Assembly: GCA_038060895.1 (NCBI GenBank)
Contig: JBBTCT010000047.1
Span: 1-24,726, forward strand
Source of the DNA: Planctomycetota bacterium
Lineage (GTDB): Bacteria; Planctomycetota; MHYJ01; WSZJ01
Length of the DNA stretch: 24,726 nucleotides
Reading direction: 5' to 3'
Shown here piece by piece: positions 24,718 to 24,726 of this stretch (positions within the stretch are counted from its first letter, which is position 1; each line of letters opens with the position of its first letter). Both the position numbers and the translations under genes were made by a program. The notes beneath the pieces were generated by a model that saw only the letters and a list, made by a program, of their open reading frames with translations, was not told the DNA's origin and ran no database searches.

Positions 24718-24726
24718 CCTCCCCTT

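Overview
A GC-rich bacterial chromosomal segment of mostly housekeeping and signalling genes. Two multidomain Hanks-type kinases, an FGE-sulfatase fusion and a short UvrC suggest a Planctomycetota-like organism, but this is inference only. Gene order: 7TM-HD phosphohydrolase, ybeY, lipoprotein, Ser/Thr kinase-FGE, two small helical proteins, YfbK-like VWA protein, uvrC, probable pseudokinase, tsaB, hypothetical, gpmA, nucleotidyltransferase plus small partner, TPR protein, alr, secreted hypothetical, fliN, fliM, ftsB-like, psd, pssA, folK, panC, four-helix-bundle gene. No rRNA, tRNA, CRISPR array, transposase or integrase was seen. The most unusual structure is non-coding. (1) The four-helix-bundle (Avd/IVS-like) gene has its own AT-rich promoter and is enclosed by long G-rich/C-rich inverted-repeat arms. 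(2) Several other intergenic spaces have a similar G-arm then C-arm layout built from short tandem units, but with no gene inside. (3) A G/C strand skew spreads from these sites into the synonymous codons of neighbouring genes. (4) Twin ~124-nt palindromes lie upstream of a kinase. Several leaderless genes and two probable CTG starts were also found. All counts and alignments were done by hand.
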